The notes beneath the pieces are model-generated. The model saw only the letters and a program-made list of their open reading frames with translations. It was not told the origin of the DNA and made no database searches. 64,000 bases of DNA from Chara braunii (Eukaryota > Plantae > Charophyceae). This document shows, in pieces, positions 12,243 to 23,599 of this stretch. Every line of letters starts with the position of its first letter. Positions within the stretch are counted from its first letter, which is position 1. A program made the translations under genes and the position numbers. The stretch is taken from positions 7,472,849 through 7,536,848 of the forward strand of contig BFEA01000009.1 in NCBI GenBank assembly GCA_003427395.1, given 5' to 3'.

Positions 12243-14323
12243 CCGCGCTTACACAATTCAGTCATGCGCTGGTCAGTACCTGTCTTAGGGCTAGACAGGT
12301 TGTTTTATGAGCGCCTGCTGCTCATGCCCTCACTCCCTACTTAACGTGAATGCAGTCCAGCTAAGGGGTCAAAAGAACCATGCAACGACTTCAGAGACGC
12401 ATGACAAGACAAACTCAAGATGACATCAACATCAATTGCAGCTGAATTCACATCAATGAAAATTTGTGTCGAGCAGCCTGAGTACTCAATACTGAGGCAG
12501 GATAGTACGGATACGGGTGCGCTAGGAGAATTGCCAAGAGGATGGGTAAGGAGGTGGTCTTACGGATCATAAGGGAGTGTCAGGACAGCCAATAGCTGTG
12601 GCATTAACCACGTGTGTCCAGAGTGTGACTTCTTTTTCTTTCTTTTTTCCCCCCCCCCCTCAAATCACGGGCCCTAGAGTGTGACTTCTACAGCAACCTG
12701 GGCTTTATTTTTATTTTATTTCATTTAAAAAAAGGGAAAAGTCCAGCAAAATTCAAGAAACCACAGTTACTCGCCTCTGGTTGGGGCTGTGCATGACATC
12801 CCGAACAGACGGAGGTTCGGAACCCGCACAGCCCACGTTCCGCCCAATGTTGGCTTTTTTATTTTTCTTTTCTTTTCTTTTTAGTTTCTTTTTTTTTTTT
12901 TTTAATGGGGTAGTGGCGGGNNNNNNNNNNNNNNNNNNNNNNNNNNNNNNNNNNNNNNNNNNNNNNNNNNNNNNNNNNNNNNNNNNNNNNNNNNNNNNNN
13001 NNNNNNNNNNNNNNNNNNNNNNNNNNNNNNNNNNNNNNNNNNNNNNNNNNNNNNNNNNNNNNNNNNNNNNNNNNNNNNNNNNNNNNNNNNNNNNNNNNNN
13101 NNNNNNNNNNNNNNNNNNNNNNNNNNNNNNNNNNNNNNNNNNNNNNNNNNNNNNNNNNNNNNNNNNNNNNNNNNNNNNNNNNNNNNNNNNNNNNNNNNNN
13201 NNNNNNNNNNNNNNNNNNNNNNNNNNNNNNNNNNNNNNNNNNNNNNNNNNNNNNNNNNNNNNNNNNNNNNNNNNNNNNNNNNNNNNNNNNNNNNNNNNNN
13301 NNNNNNNNNNNNNNNNNNNNNNNNNNNNNNNNNNNNNNNNNNNNNNNNNNNNNNNNNNNNNNNNNNNNNNNNNNNNNNNNNNNNNNNNNNNNNNNNNNNN
13401 NNNNNNNNNNNNNNNNNNNNNNNNNNNNNNNNNNNNNNNNNNNNNNNNNNNNNNNNNNNNNNNNNNNNNNNNNNNNNNNNNNNNTTTATTTATTATTATT
13501 TTTTTTTGAAAGTCCAGGGGTTCGTCCCTTCTGCACTTCGTCCTCTATCCTAACGTTGTGGCTATGGCTGCTGTTACCTTCTTCGTCTACCCTCACTTGG
13601 GCGTCGGATCGCCCTCTGTCTCTGCCCTCAACTCTGACTGTCCGACCCGTTGGTTGCACAAGTGCTACAGCAGAGCATCCACAACATGTGAATTGACTAA
13701 TGACCCGATGCTGCACTGCAGCAACTATAAATAGCAGCAGATGCGATTCGCTGTCTGCAGCTGTCGGATTCAAGCCAGTACTGGTAGACATGGCCTTTTG
13801 GCTGCAAGTTGCCAGTTCCGGAACTTACCGGACTTTCCCAGGACCCAGTATACTACTTCAAAATTGGACTTTGGGACTGCAGACTTTTCTTGTCGCCGTT
13901 GTCGGGTACCGGGCCTACAACTTCTAGTCTTCTAACGACCTGACTCTTGGACCGTGCAAACCTACGACACTTTGACCCATAGACCGCACCAGACTTTTAG
14001 GACTCTCGAGCTGGGACCTACCGGGACCAATTGGGACTGGGCCCATGTGGGACTCTGGGACTGGGGCTGGGGAATCCGGGAGCGGGACGGCAGGACCCAG
14101 GACATGGACACAACATGAAATCCTTTCACTTAGTACCTTCATTGTTACTTATACTTTGAATAACGTTGCAAAGTAGACGTGTATTGCAGGAGCGAGTTAA
14201 GCATGGTCTAGGACTCCGGGACAGGAAAGAAGTTTCCAAGCATTGAAAACTTCAGAAATCTGGAATGTCAAGGGTATTTACTCACAGCCAGGATATTCCA
14301 AATTCATTTTTTTCACGTGTATT

Positions 14324-14732
14324 GGGACGCTGGACCCGATTTCCAGCAGGTGATGCTTCCCACCAATAGATGGAGCCTCTCCTCCGGTGGTAGTGCTGTC
14401 TGCTCTTATCAGCAGCACTAACACTGAAATCTTATACACATCTAGATGTGTATAAGAGACAGTCGCTGCACAGAGTGTTAGGCCAATGGGGCACTACTGC
14501 CGACCACGGGATGACGATTAGCTCATTGAACGACAATAGCAACGAGTAAGGCGGCTGTCTCTTATACACATCTAGATGTGTATAAGAGACAGCCGTGTGT
14601 GAGTACGCACCACAGCTAAACCTCAAAGGTGATGCTTCCCACCAATAGATGGAGCCTCTCCTCCGGTGGTAGTGCTGTCTGCTCTTATCAGCAGCACTAA
14701 CACTGAAAGGGGTGTATTTGTTTAAAAAAAAA
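14324..14732 (+). mobile_element. Short retroposon tail (structured motif plus poly(A)), artefactually duplicated around adapters
   Basis: GGGACGCTGGACCCGATTTCCAGC...GGAGC, then a hairpin and an A-run; repeated from ~14627. Confidence 0.75.
14430..14592. other. Two Nextera mate-pair junction adapters (14430-14462 partial, 14555-14592) enclosing a foreign 92 bp fragment; assembly artefact
   Basis: CTGTCTCTTATACACATCT+AGATGTGTATAAGAGACAG is the back-to-back Tn5 mosaic-end junction adapter. Confidence 0.97.
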
Positions 14733-15407
14733 NATCAGGAGCAACCTAACGGGTACTGGACTTTGAACGACAGGAAACTGGAAAGAGCTGGGGTGTCCAA
14801 TGTCCATGGAATGGGTATCTTATGAAAGGATAGGAAGTGCTATGGCCCGAGGATGTGGTGCTAGTGAGGACGAATTGACCAGATCGGGCTTAGCTTATTG
14901 AGAAGCTTGAAACATCTACTAGATATCATAAGTAGATGAATGTGCATAATTTGAGACCTTTTCTTGGTGTTCTTCTTCTTCTTTCCATAATGATGGCTCC
15001 AATCTATTGGTGGGGAGCTGCACAAGCTGGAAACCGGGCTTAGCATCCCTATACCACAATCAGAGCATACAAAGGAGAGAAGCATTGGTTGCCCTCGTTT
15101 GAGGGGATTGACTGTCCCTCCCATCATGATCTTTTACTATAGTTTATAGCTAAGTCAAAGCGCCTGTCGGTGCAAATGCACCTCAGCAGCCAGGAAATTC
15201 CGAACCCCTTTCCCAACCGGGGAGCCTCAATCTCCCTACTATGCTCCAGCTCATGAGAACATCTAACCACCCCTCTTACCCTAAAACTACTCCTGGTGGG
15301 CCCCCCTCCCCCCCTGCCCTTGCTCATAAGATGATCTCGCAAGAGTCATCACACATCAAACCAGTGAAACCACCTCTACGCCCTATTTCCCCTTCGGTCA
15401 TGCACTA

Positions 15408-15512
15408 CCGTCTTCCCCCGAACATAACGCACCCTAAAAACGAATGTATACAAGCTATCTTTCCGGCCAGATACAGCCAAAATAAGGGTGCGCTGTGTTC
15501 CGGGGAAGACCG
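15408..15512. mobile_element. Tc1/mariner-like MITE (105 bp)
   Basis: TIRs CCGTCTTCCCCCGAACATAACGCACC / GGTGCGCTGTGTTCCGGGGAAGACCG, TA on both flanks; second copy inverted at 60562-60666. Confidence 0.8.
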
Positions 15513-16153
15513 TAGTTAGAAGTCACATCCCCAAGCCCCTCCAGGCTCCTGCTCCTGGGGTCTGGGGGAATTCCGAAAGTGCCATGCAAAAACGGTGCAA
15601 CCGAAGAGGACGCGCCACACATCAAACCACCTTTGAACCCTTATATCATGTCATTTGCAGTTTTAGAGTGTTTTTTTTTTTTTTTTTTTTCGGGACCAAA
15701 ACAGGCTGCAGCGGCACAGCTGCTTTTAAAGCTCCCTACCAATTGGCAATTCAATTTGGTGATTGAGGGGTGTTCACTGCTCAGTTCTTAGAGTTGCCCT
15801 CCCTATCAATCGATTGATGGACCTTGATGGACCATGAATGAAGGAGTCGTAAGAGACTCTCCATCAATTGACAACTTGACAGTTTGAATGGTGTATGTAG
15901 AAAAGTATGATTCAATCTCTTATTATCACTCGTGATCATATGCCCCATAAAAAGATGAGAATTTGAGAAAGGAGTCGCAAGATCGGATAACCAAACGCTG
16001 TCGGACATGTACATTAAAGCATGAAATAATCGTCCTTGACAAAATGCAACGAAGCCTAAATCGAGTGCGTTTCTCATGAAAGATTCGGACAACAGAAAAT
16101 GCAAAAATTAATTTATCAAAAGTCCAACTATAAAGCTCCTTACGAGATCCAGG

Positions 16154-17056
16154 CTAACTAAGTAATTTGGCCAGGGGTTGTTTGTAGACCAAAGACCTCC
16201 GCATAAAAGGTACAATATTCTCAAAAACAAGCATGACTCCGTTGGATAACCACTCCTGACATTTCCTCAACTGCCTGGTCCCAAACCCGCATGAGACTAC
16301 AAATGCCCCAAACAGATGTTTAACAAGATCCCACCTATCAACCAACCCATTTCCACCTTTGCAAACGATGACGCAGCTGTCAATTCCTCGATCTTTGCAC
16401 TTATTCAAAATTGAAAGTAAACTGAAGGAAACCACACCGATGCTTGACTGAAACTCCAACATAGAGAAACGTTTCTGTCCATCCACGTCGTCTTGGTGCC
16501 GACACCGTTTCTTCTTCTCTTTCAAACGTTCACGAANTCCCTTTCTACAGCGTTTCGATCTACAAGCCCTGTCCCGAACATTCAAAGATGACCCACTCGA
16601 TGGAATGAAAAACTTCTCAACACTCAACAAATCTTCACTGGTGCATTCATAAATTGGAATCGCTACATACCGATTTACTCCACACCTTCTCAGCCAACAA
16701 TAAAGCTTCTCACTACGGTCACCCTTGCTAATTAGGGAGGGATTGCACACTCTGTACACGTGCTCATTCCATCGTGTGTGCACCTCTCTAGTCGTACTAC
16801 CAACGTAAGTATGCCTACACCAGGGAGAAATCAACACATAGACCAGAGGGTCATCGCAACGATCAAAATCATACCCACGCGAAAGAAGGGAGGAGAAACA
16901 CCCGNCAAACTTATTCGCCCAAGGAATTTGACCAGTCAACGTCAAACCAATAACTGCCAAGCATAGCAACGAATTCAGATAACGACATCTTAATCGCTCC
17001 ACAGACAATCCACGAATATTCGAACAGTGCCTGACCATCTTCCAAAAGTAAGCCAT
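16154..17056 (-). pseudogene. GIY-YIG endonuclease, N-terminal part of retroelement ORF2
   Basis: PLVYVLISPWCRHTYVGST..R..RW.EH...LY.WL...G.....IPI........VEKFFI......LN fits GIY/YIG, catalytic Arg, Glu and Asn. The frame continues past the TAG at 16154 (PGSRKELYSW...) to ~15975. Confidence 0.85.
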
Positions 17057-17070
17057 GTCGGGAACGAACC

Positions 17071-18477
17071 CTAAGAGGTGTTGTCCTCTCCCCCATCAAA
17101 CTTACCCAAGTCTGCACTCTGGCCTTCGGATGCACCGGTGAGATCTTCAAACACAACACCTTCCCGATTGCCAGGTGGCGCTTCGTCACATGCCCTTCGA
17201 GTTCGTAGCTGCACGATCTCTTCTTTGGCTTTTTCCAAGGTAGTATATGTGATTCCTTCATTCTCACAGATGGCAACCACAGCATCCCTCTTCAGTGGCT
17301 TCAGTTCTCTTCTGCAATCCTTCAGAAAGACCTCCCGATCGTTGGTCAAAACGGCCGCCTTCTTCCCTCTGTCCACACAGCCATCAACACCTTTCGTAGC
17401 CGCTTCGAGACGTTGCCTTAAGTCTGTTGCAGCATGTCTCCGCTGCTTGGTACTAGCTACCTTCTGCTTCCCGATAGATTCCATTTGCACCCGACTCAAT
17501 GCCTCCTTCAGTTTCTCAATCTCTCGATCTTTCTCTTCTCTGACTCTCTCTGCCTCCTGCTCTGCTTCTCGTCTCCTGTTGAATTCTCTGATTCTGTTGA
17601 CCTCCTCCAACTGTCTGGCGACCAAATCACTATAATCCTCAGCGGCTTTCTTCTTCGTGCACAGCGGGGTGATTGCTGGAGCACACCTCGGTCAAGAGTG
17701 AAGTTGGGGGCTAGGTGTAGCCCCAATGGCAATGCTTCCACGTTTATTGCCAGAACGTCGTGCCTCCGCTTTCCAGCCCTCTGCTTCACTTACTGCTTCC
17801 TCCGTCACACGCTTCAGTGTCAGAACCTGTTGCTCCAAGGCAGCGATGCGCCGTTCATTGGCCTCCTGCGCCTGCCTTTTTGTTTCATCGAACTCCTGCT
17901 GCAACCTAACCGAGCTCTCAGGCGCACAGATCTTCGCCATAGCATGCTGGTCCGCAACGATCTTCATCTTCTTTAAATTCTCCACTTCCTCTCTCAATTT
18001 CTCCATCTCGCAATTCTCATTCTTTTTCATAATCCTAACTCCATCAATTCCCTCAATCCTCGAACTGATCTATTCTCCAATCGCCTTAAGGTGCTCCTCC
18101 CGTTCCGTTCTGTCGTGCTGCCTCCGCAATTCTTCCTCCTTTTCTCGTTTAGCTAACTTTTCTTCTTCGTTCTTTCTCTTCTCTCACTCTTCGTCGATAT
18201 CATATCGGACCTTCAACTTGGCCACCGTCTCTTCAAGAGACTCAATACGCTTGGTGTTGCTCGGTCCTGCCCATCCCCCTCGGTTGTACTGGGTATTCGA
18301 AAAAACATTACTATTATTACTGTTACTCGGAANNGTTAGAAGAGGTTGGGTCTGCACAGGAACGATCGCCGTGCTCGGATTAGACACGGAGTGACGTGGA
18401 GGGTGGGGGCAGAATCTCTGAATATGGCCTGTCTGGCCACAGTTATAGCAGTTACGAACATAATTCTTGATAGCCAT
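17071..18477 (-). pseudogene. Gag-like ORF1: CCHC zinc knuckle plus long coiled coil (469 codons, three in-frame stops)
   Basis: CYNCGQTGHIQRFC near the N-terminus. Track ORFs 18184-18477, 17692-18030 and 17071-17625 share one frame, separated only by TGA/TAG codons. Confidence 0.8.
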
Positions 18478-18787
18478 ATCGATATACTGTTATACCACAG
18501 CAAGCACTCAAAGCCACTCAGAAGTAGTATGACCTCTACCCCGGTTACTTCGTGGAAAAAAGTTGTCGTAAGACACTTCAAAGTATATAGCAGTAATCGT
18601 TAGCGCACCAGACAAAAATGACGCACAAGTATGACTCCGAGAAGAAGGAAGAAAAAGAAGAAGAGGAAGAAGAAGGAAAGAACAGAAGCAGAAGAAGAAA
18701 TTGACACCCGGATGATAGTCGAAAAAATCCCGAACGTGACTTCGTTCCGCAAAGGTAAGACATTAAGCAACGGAACGTACGGCGAGT

Positions 18788-18836
18788 GACCCTACCGGTT
18801 TCGGCTGGCCGCCGTGACCAGCGCTCATCAGGGATC
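18788..18836 (-). ncRNA. Minimal type I hammerhead ribozyme
   Basis: Minus strand GATCC-CTGATGA-GCGCTGGTCACGGCGGCCAGCC-GAAA-CCGG-TA-GGGTC: stem I GATCC/GGGTC, paired stem II, palindromic minimal stem III ACCGGT, GUA cleavage triplet. Confidence 0.85.
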
Positions 18837-19407
18837 TTGGTGTAGTCTAGGACAAATCTTCAACTATATATCCTGGGAACGACTGCCTACGTCGTAGTTC
18901 TCTATAGAAAAGAGTGTCCTATCGTCTAGTCCAACCGTCATGACCAGAAACATCTCAAAAAATCTTTTTACAGACCAATACCGCCCAGAAAACGGGCCAA
19001 ATGCATTCAGANCAAGTCACCGGTAGCTTCCAAAGGGGATATTTNGAGAGGACTCCTAACTCACAGTCATCATTACCCAGCNTATCGAAATCTCCCTACA
19101 CAAACAATTTCGCGTCCACATACATTCACGTCCGGTAATATCCAGAGTCATCATACAGTCCTAAAGGCGAACAGGTTCATATCGTCTTACGCACACAACA
19201 GGTACCAGCCAGCATCCGGTCCTATAACAGACGAGTTCGAATCCTTCCAAGCACCCAACCGGTACTCGCTAGATACCAACGACTGGCCCTTACCACGGAC
19301 CATGTACCGGAATAGGCCTGAAGCTCGAGCAGCTGGCCCACTTCGCCTCGTTGGGTCGAGTTTTTCTGCAAACGAAAGGACTGCCAGAAGTGCATGACAC
19401 ACACACA

Positions 19408-19442
<35 letters not shown>

Positions 19443-19705
19443 AAAGAGAAGTGCATGCCGGCTTGGCACGAACCAGCCCGTGCTGCTTCGCTCACACGAA
19501 GACATCCATCGATGGACTCCATCCCACGGTCCAGCAACAGTGCCATAACGTCGTGTGCCCAAGGCATTCCGGACCCTGACCCCGACGATCCAATTGTGCC
19601 ACGTCATTCCGGGACGGTGATCACGCTCGTACCGTCTATGGGCGTCGCCGCACGCCACACAAAACGAAAAACGAATGCATCTTCAGGTAGAAAATGTTCA
19701 GGACC

Positions 19706-19736
<31 letters not shown>

Positions 19737-20363
19737 GAGGATCGTCGGTTTGCTATAAATAGTAACGGCTGTATTTTTCGGCCTTTTTCTTTTTTTTTTT
19801 CCAAAAGCTATGTTTTTCTCTCAATTTCACCTTTTTTTTTTTTTTTTTTGTGTGTGCAGCTGCCCTCGTTTCGTTTTCGTTTTTTTTTTTTTGTTTCTGT
19901 GTGTGTGTGTGCCGTGTGGCGAGGCGCTATATCATCTACAGAGATAATGACCTCGAATCTCCAGCGAGAAAAGGCGTCGGTTGGACATTTGTAACTCACT
20001 CCGCAGCGCTACGACCGTAGTAACGGAACGGAACGGAACGGAACGGCACGGGACGGAATTCCCTGAGTGACCTGTCCTTTCGCTAGAGCGATCGGTTCCC
20101 GCGAAGGCTGGAGCGGTATAGAGAAGGTGAGCTAGCATGACATGACGGCTTAGCATGCAATTGGCTTCGCTGCACTGCGGAAGTCTTCACATGCATTCTG
20201 AGGCTTTCGGGACCAGGTGCGTTCAGACGAGTTCAACATTTGAAATGTATTGGTTCCAGAAAGCGCCCAAGTGCGTGTAAAGTGCCATGTGGCATGTAGT
20301 GAAGCGAGGCCCAATGAAGGGATCTCAGGACGCGAGCATGGATAGACAAACAGACAAACAACT

Positions 20364-20418
20364 TCAAATTTTCAATTTTCAATTTTCAATTTTCAATTTT
20401 CAATTTTCAATTTTCAAA
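20364..20418. repeat. (TTTTCAA)n heptamer repeat
   Basis: About 7-8 copies read directly. Confidence 0.9.
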
Positions 20419-21582
20419 TTGAAATGCGGTCCGGTGAGTCTGCCGCTCTCTTGTCAAGTCGACCCCCGAGTTTGCTCAGCTGGCTGCTCAATGGCCCGAG
20501 AACCGTAGCGGTAGATCCGATATAGGGCCCACCGTAGTTGCACTGCTCGCCATCCGCCAACACTTGGAATGCATCTGGACAGGTTCCTTTCCATGTGCAT
20601 TCATTCAAAGTAATGGCCGATGGCAAGTAGTGCAACTGCGGTAGGCCCAAAGTAGCGCCATACCTTCACCTTCCTTAGGGGATCAATGGGTCATTGCGCT
20701 GCACTACCTGTAGGACACCCCGGGGCGTACGTCTCCCGCATCAACGGCCACGATTATGTGATAGCGTGGAATTGAATTGAAGTGGGGTGGAGACAAAGGG
20801 TTTATTACCCATTTTGCCACTACGACCATGACATAATGGCCATCGCTGCACTACTGTCGACATGCACAAAAGACAAAAATCATGGGGGTGTATCTTTCCA
20901 TAATCTAGCGGAAGATTCGCTCTCGTTTTGCACATTTTGAGAGTAGTGCAGCGAGGCCCATTATTCCTTAGTACTTAACTTATTACCCATTGCCACTCCT
21001 AACACGGAATATCATTAGGAAATGCTTATATAGCTGCCTCCAACAGTACAGTCTCGTGCAAGCGCTAAGCCGCATTCTCATCCTTCGCAGTCTTTCACCC
21101 TCCGTCGCTGAGGGAGAAGTGGACAGGCATGCAACACACGCCGTGCCTTTGCCTGCCTTGAAATTCGTGAGTGATTGAGATCGACGGCTTCTTCTTCATT
21201 AAGAGATTGTCAAAGTAGCGGACATGGTATGAGGCGGGCGACAGGGGCTAAGTGAGCCCGCGGCCTGTGCATCGACGTCGAGCGCAAGCTTTCTCCACAG
21301 GACCTAAGCAGCCAAAAAGAGGGGGGGGAACTCGGGGAGGAGTGACCCTGCGATCTGTCTGACCTCTTCCTTCTCTTCGCTGTTTCAACTTGGCGTCGGC
21401 TGAGTCGGCTCCACTTTGGATTTGGAATTCGTGTTGGGTCAGCTCTCGTTTGTCCTCTTGTTTTGTCCTTTTTTTATCGCCAGTTCTTGTCTCCACGACT
21501 ATAACAACGGGCAGCAGGTGAGGATTCGTCAGTCGTTGAAAAAGGGAAACGTTAGTCCGTCGTGCCGATCCGTGCAACGACG

Positions 21583-22123
21583 ATGGCTGGTGGGGCGGTG
21601 ACAGCTACAGCAGCCGCCATGGGACAGTCCGTGCGATCTCGAGCGTCACGTGAGAGCATAGACTTGTCACGCTCCTCTCTCGTGACAGAGGTGCCGGCTC
21701 CACCATCGCCGATGGATCTGGAGTTTGCATTCCCCGGCCTGAAAGAGAATGGCAAAGCCGAAGGCGATGGAACGGGCGCTGTGACGCCATCGCTTCCGGC
21801 ATCAGTGTCGCCGCCACCATCATCGTCGGTGGCATCTGTGATTCCAAGCGGCATGGAGGTGTCGTGGAATCGAGCGGCCGGTATGAAGAGTGACTTCGTG
21901 GTTCAGGTGGGCGACGTGGTATTCAACGTGCACAAGTTCCCTCTGTACTCGAAGACGGAGTACTTCGCCGCCATAGCCGTCCACGACGAGTTATCACGAA
22001 AGACGTTCGCGAGGCTGGACGAGGTTCCAGGAGGCGCCTCCACGTTCCTGCTCGTCGTTAACTATTGCTACGGCTTCGACATCGAGATCACGGTCAACAA
22101 CGTGGCAGCTCTTCGTTGTGCAG
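21583..22123 (+). CDS. BTB/POZ-NPH3 (NRL family) protein, coding exon 1 (BTB domain)
   Basis: SDFVVQVGDVVFNVHKFPLYSK...LDEVPGGASTFLLVVNYCYGFDIEITVNNVAALRCA; donor CAG|GTGAG at 22123/22124. Start ATG could be 21583 or 21619. Confidence 0.9.
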
Positions 22124-22457
22124 GTGAGCGTCCCGCTCCCCGTCTCACAATAGCAACTCAGAATCAGAATAATCAGAATAATACTGTACAGTGTGTTCAG
22201 CGACGTTCAGAACTTCACACTACAGAGCATTCGCCAGGGGGGGCATAAGCAGATACGTCGGTACTTCAACTTTTTGGGGGGAAAAGAAAGGGTGATACCT
22301 TGATGGGCTTTGGATACTCAATCGCTTTGCACTGACCGGCCCCTGGGTAGGTCTTGACTCTTGAGTTATGCTCACTCATCTGATTGCTTCTGGGTCTGAA
22401 CTTTAGTCTAAATTTCAACAGTACACGGGTCACTGGTGTAGCAACTAAGCCTGCGGG

Positions 22458-22644
22458 CCCGTCGCCCACTGGAAGATGGTTTGTGTGACCAGCCCCCGTC
22501 GCCCAGTGGAAGATGGTTTGTGTGACCAGCCCCCGTCGCCCAGTGGAAGATGGTTTGTGTGACCAGCCCCCGTCGCCCAGTGGAAGATGGTTTGGGTGAC
22601 CAGCCCCCGTCGCCCAGTGGAAGATGCTTTGTGTGACCAGCCCC
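22458..22644. repeat. 37 bp minisatellite x5 in the NRL intron
   Basis: CCCGTCGCCCAGTGGAAGATGGTTTGTGTGACCAGCC contiguous, with no spacers. Confidence 0.92.
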
Positions 22645-23599
22645 AGGTGAAGTCGGAGTTGTTTTTATCTGATTTACCTGTAATAATAATTAAAAAAAAA
22701 CGGAAAAAAGACGAAAACAAACAAGCAAACAACCTCCTCCACGGGATGGACGAGGCAGGTTTTTTTTGTTTTTTTGATGGACGAGGCAGTTGTCTTCTCT
22801 TTCGGGCCGCGGGCAATGGAAAGTGGGAAGGAGAAACGGCTACTGAAGTTGGAGAGCCGTGTGAATTTTGATATCTTGACAAGTGGAAATCGAACTCGGG
22901 TCTGTGTTTTATCAGTTCATGCTTGCTTGTGACTCGTGAGCGTCTTTTTTTTTTTTCCTAACTAAGGTATATCTTTTCTTGAATCCACGCTTCAGTGCGG
23001 CTTCATTACCTACACAGCATTGTTACTAACATGGGGAAGGGGTCTTGAATCCACGCTTCAGTGCGGCTTCATTACCTACACAGCATTGTTACTAACATGG
23101 GGAAGGGGTGGTGAAGATAAGGAGGGGGGNNNNNNNNNNNNNNNNNNNNNNNNNNNNNNNNNNNNNNNNNNNNNNNNNNNNNNNNNNNNNNNNNNNNNNN
23201 NNNNNNNNNNNNNNNNNNNNNNNNNNNNNNTAGTGGCAAAACACTCGCTCGTTATTTATGTTAGTTGGGCCTCCACCGGCGACACACACGATTCTGTGCA
23301 CCCGTACCATGAAGGGCAAGGGCCAACACGCAAAACCTGCCTTGTCCGAGCTGTACCTTATCGTTTCATTTGCTAAGTCAAATCGGTATCGTATATCAAC
23401 TTCCGTCGCTCTTCGTGCCGCGCTTGCGCAAAAAACTGTTTCTCTATTTGCACGTGATTGCCTTTACATCCCTTCTCTCTTTCATGGTGGGACGTGGCAT
23501 GGCCGTTGCTTATCAGTTTCCTTATGATCTGATCATTTGTCCTCTTATCTTTGTCCGTTTGTCCTCTTATCTTTGTCCGTTTTTGCGCCTGTGCATCAG

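Larger units (their letters stand above)
15975..19185 (-). mobile_element. Decayed, 3'-truncated Penelope-like retroelement (Chlamys/Naiad-like: hammerhead, zinc-knuckle ORF1, N-terminal GIY-YIG ORF2); boundaries approximate
   Basis: Hammerhead at 18788-18836, ORF1 at 17071-18477, ORF2 from 17056, all on the same strand; RT domain not present. Confidence 0.75.

Noticed and set aside
14430-14592. Palindromic 38-mer repeated four times, as a possible Tn5-like element or repeat-spacer system
   Set aside because: Exact Nextera mate-pair junction adapter.
19200-19260. B-box-like GAGTTCGAATCC suggesting a tRNA
   Set aside because: No A-box or cloverleaf found.
20364-20418. (TTTTCAA)n as an interstitial telomere
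   Set aside because: Does not match TTTAGGG-type repeats.
22458-22644. 37 bp repeats resembling a CRISPR array
   Set aside because: Units are contiguous with no unique spacers, lie in a eukaryotic intron, and no cas genes are present; it is a minisatellite.
22977-23109. 66 bp exact duplication in the NRL intron
   Set aside because: Directly beside a gap; likely an assembly artefact.
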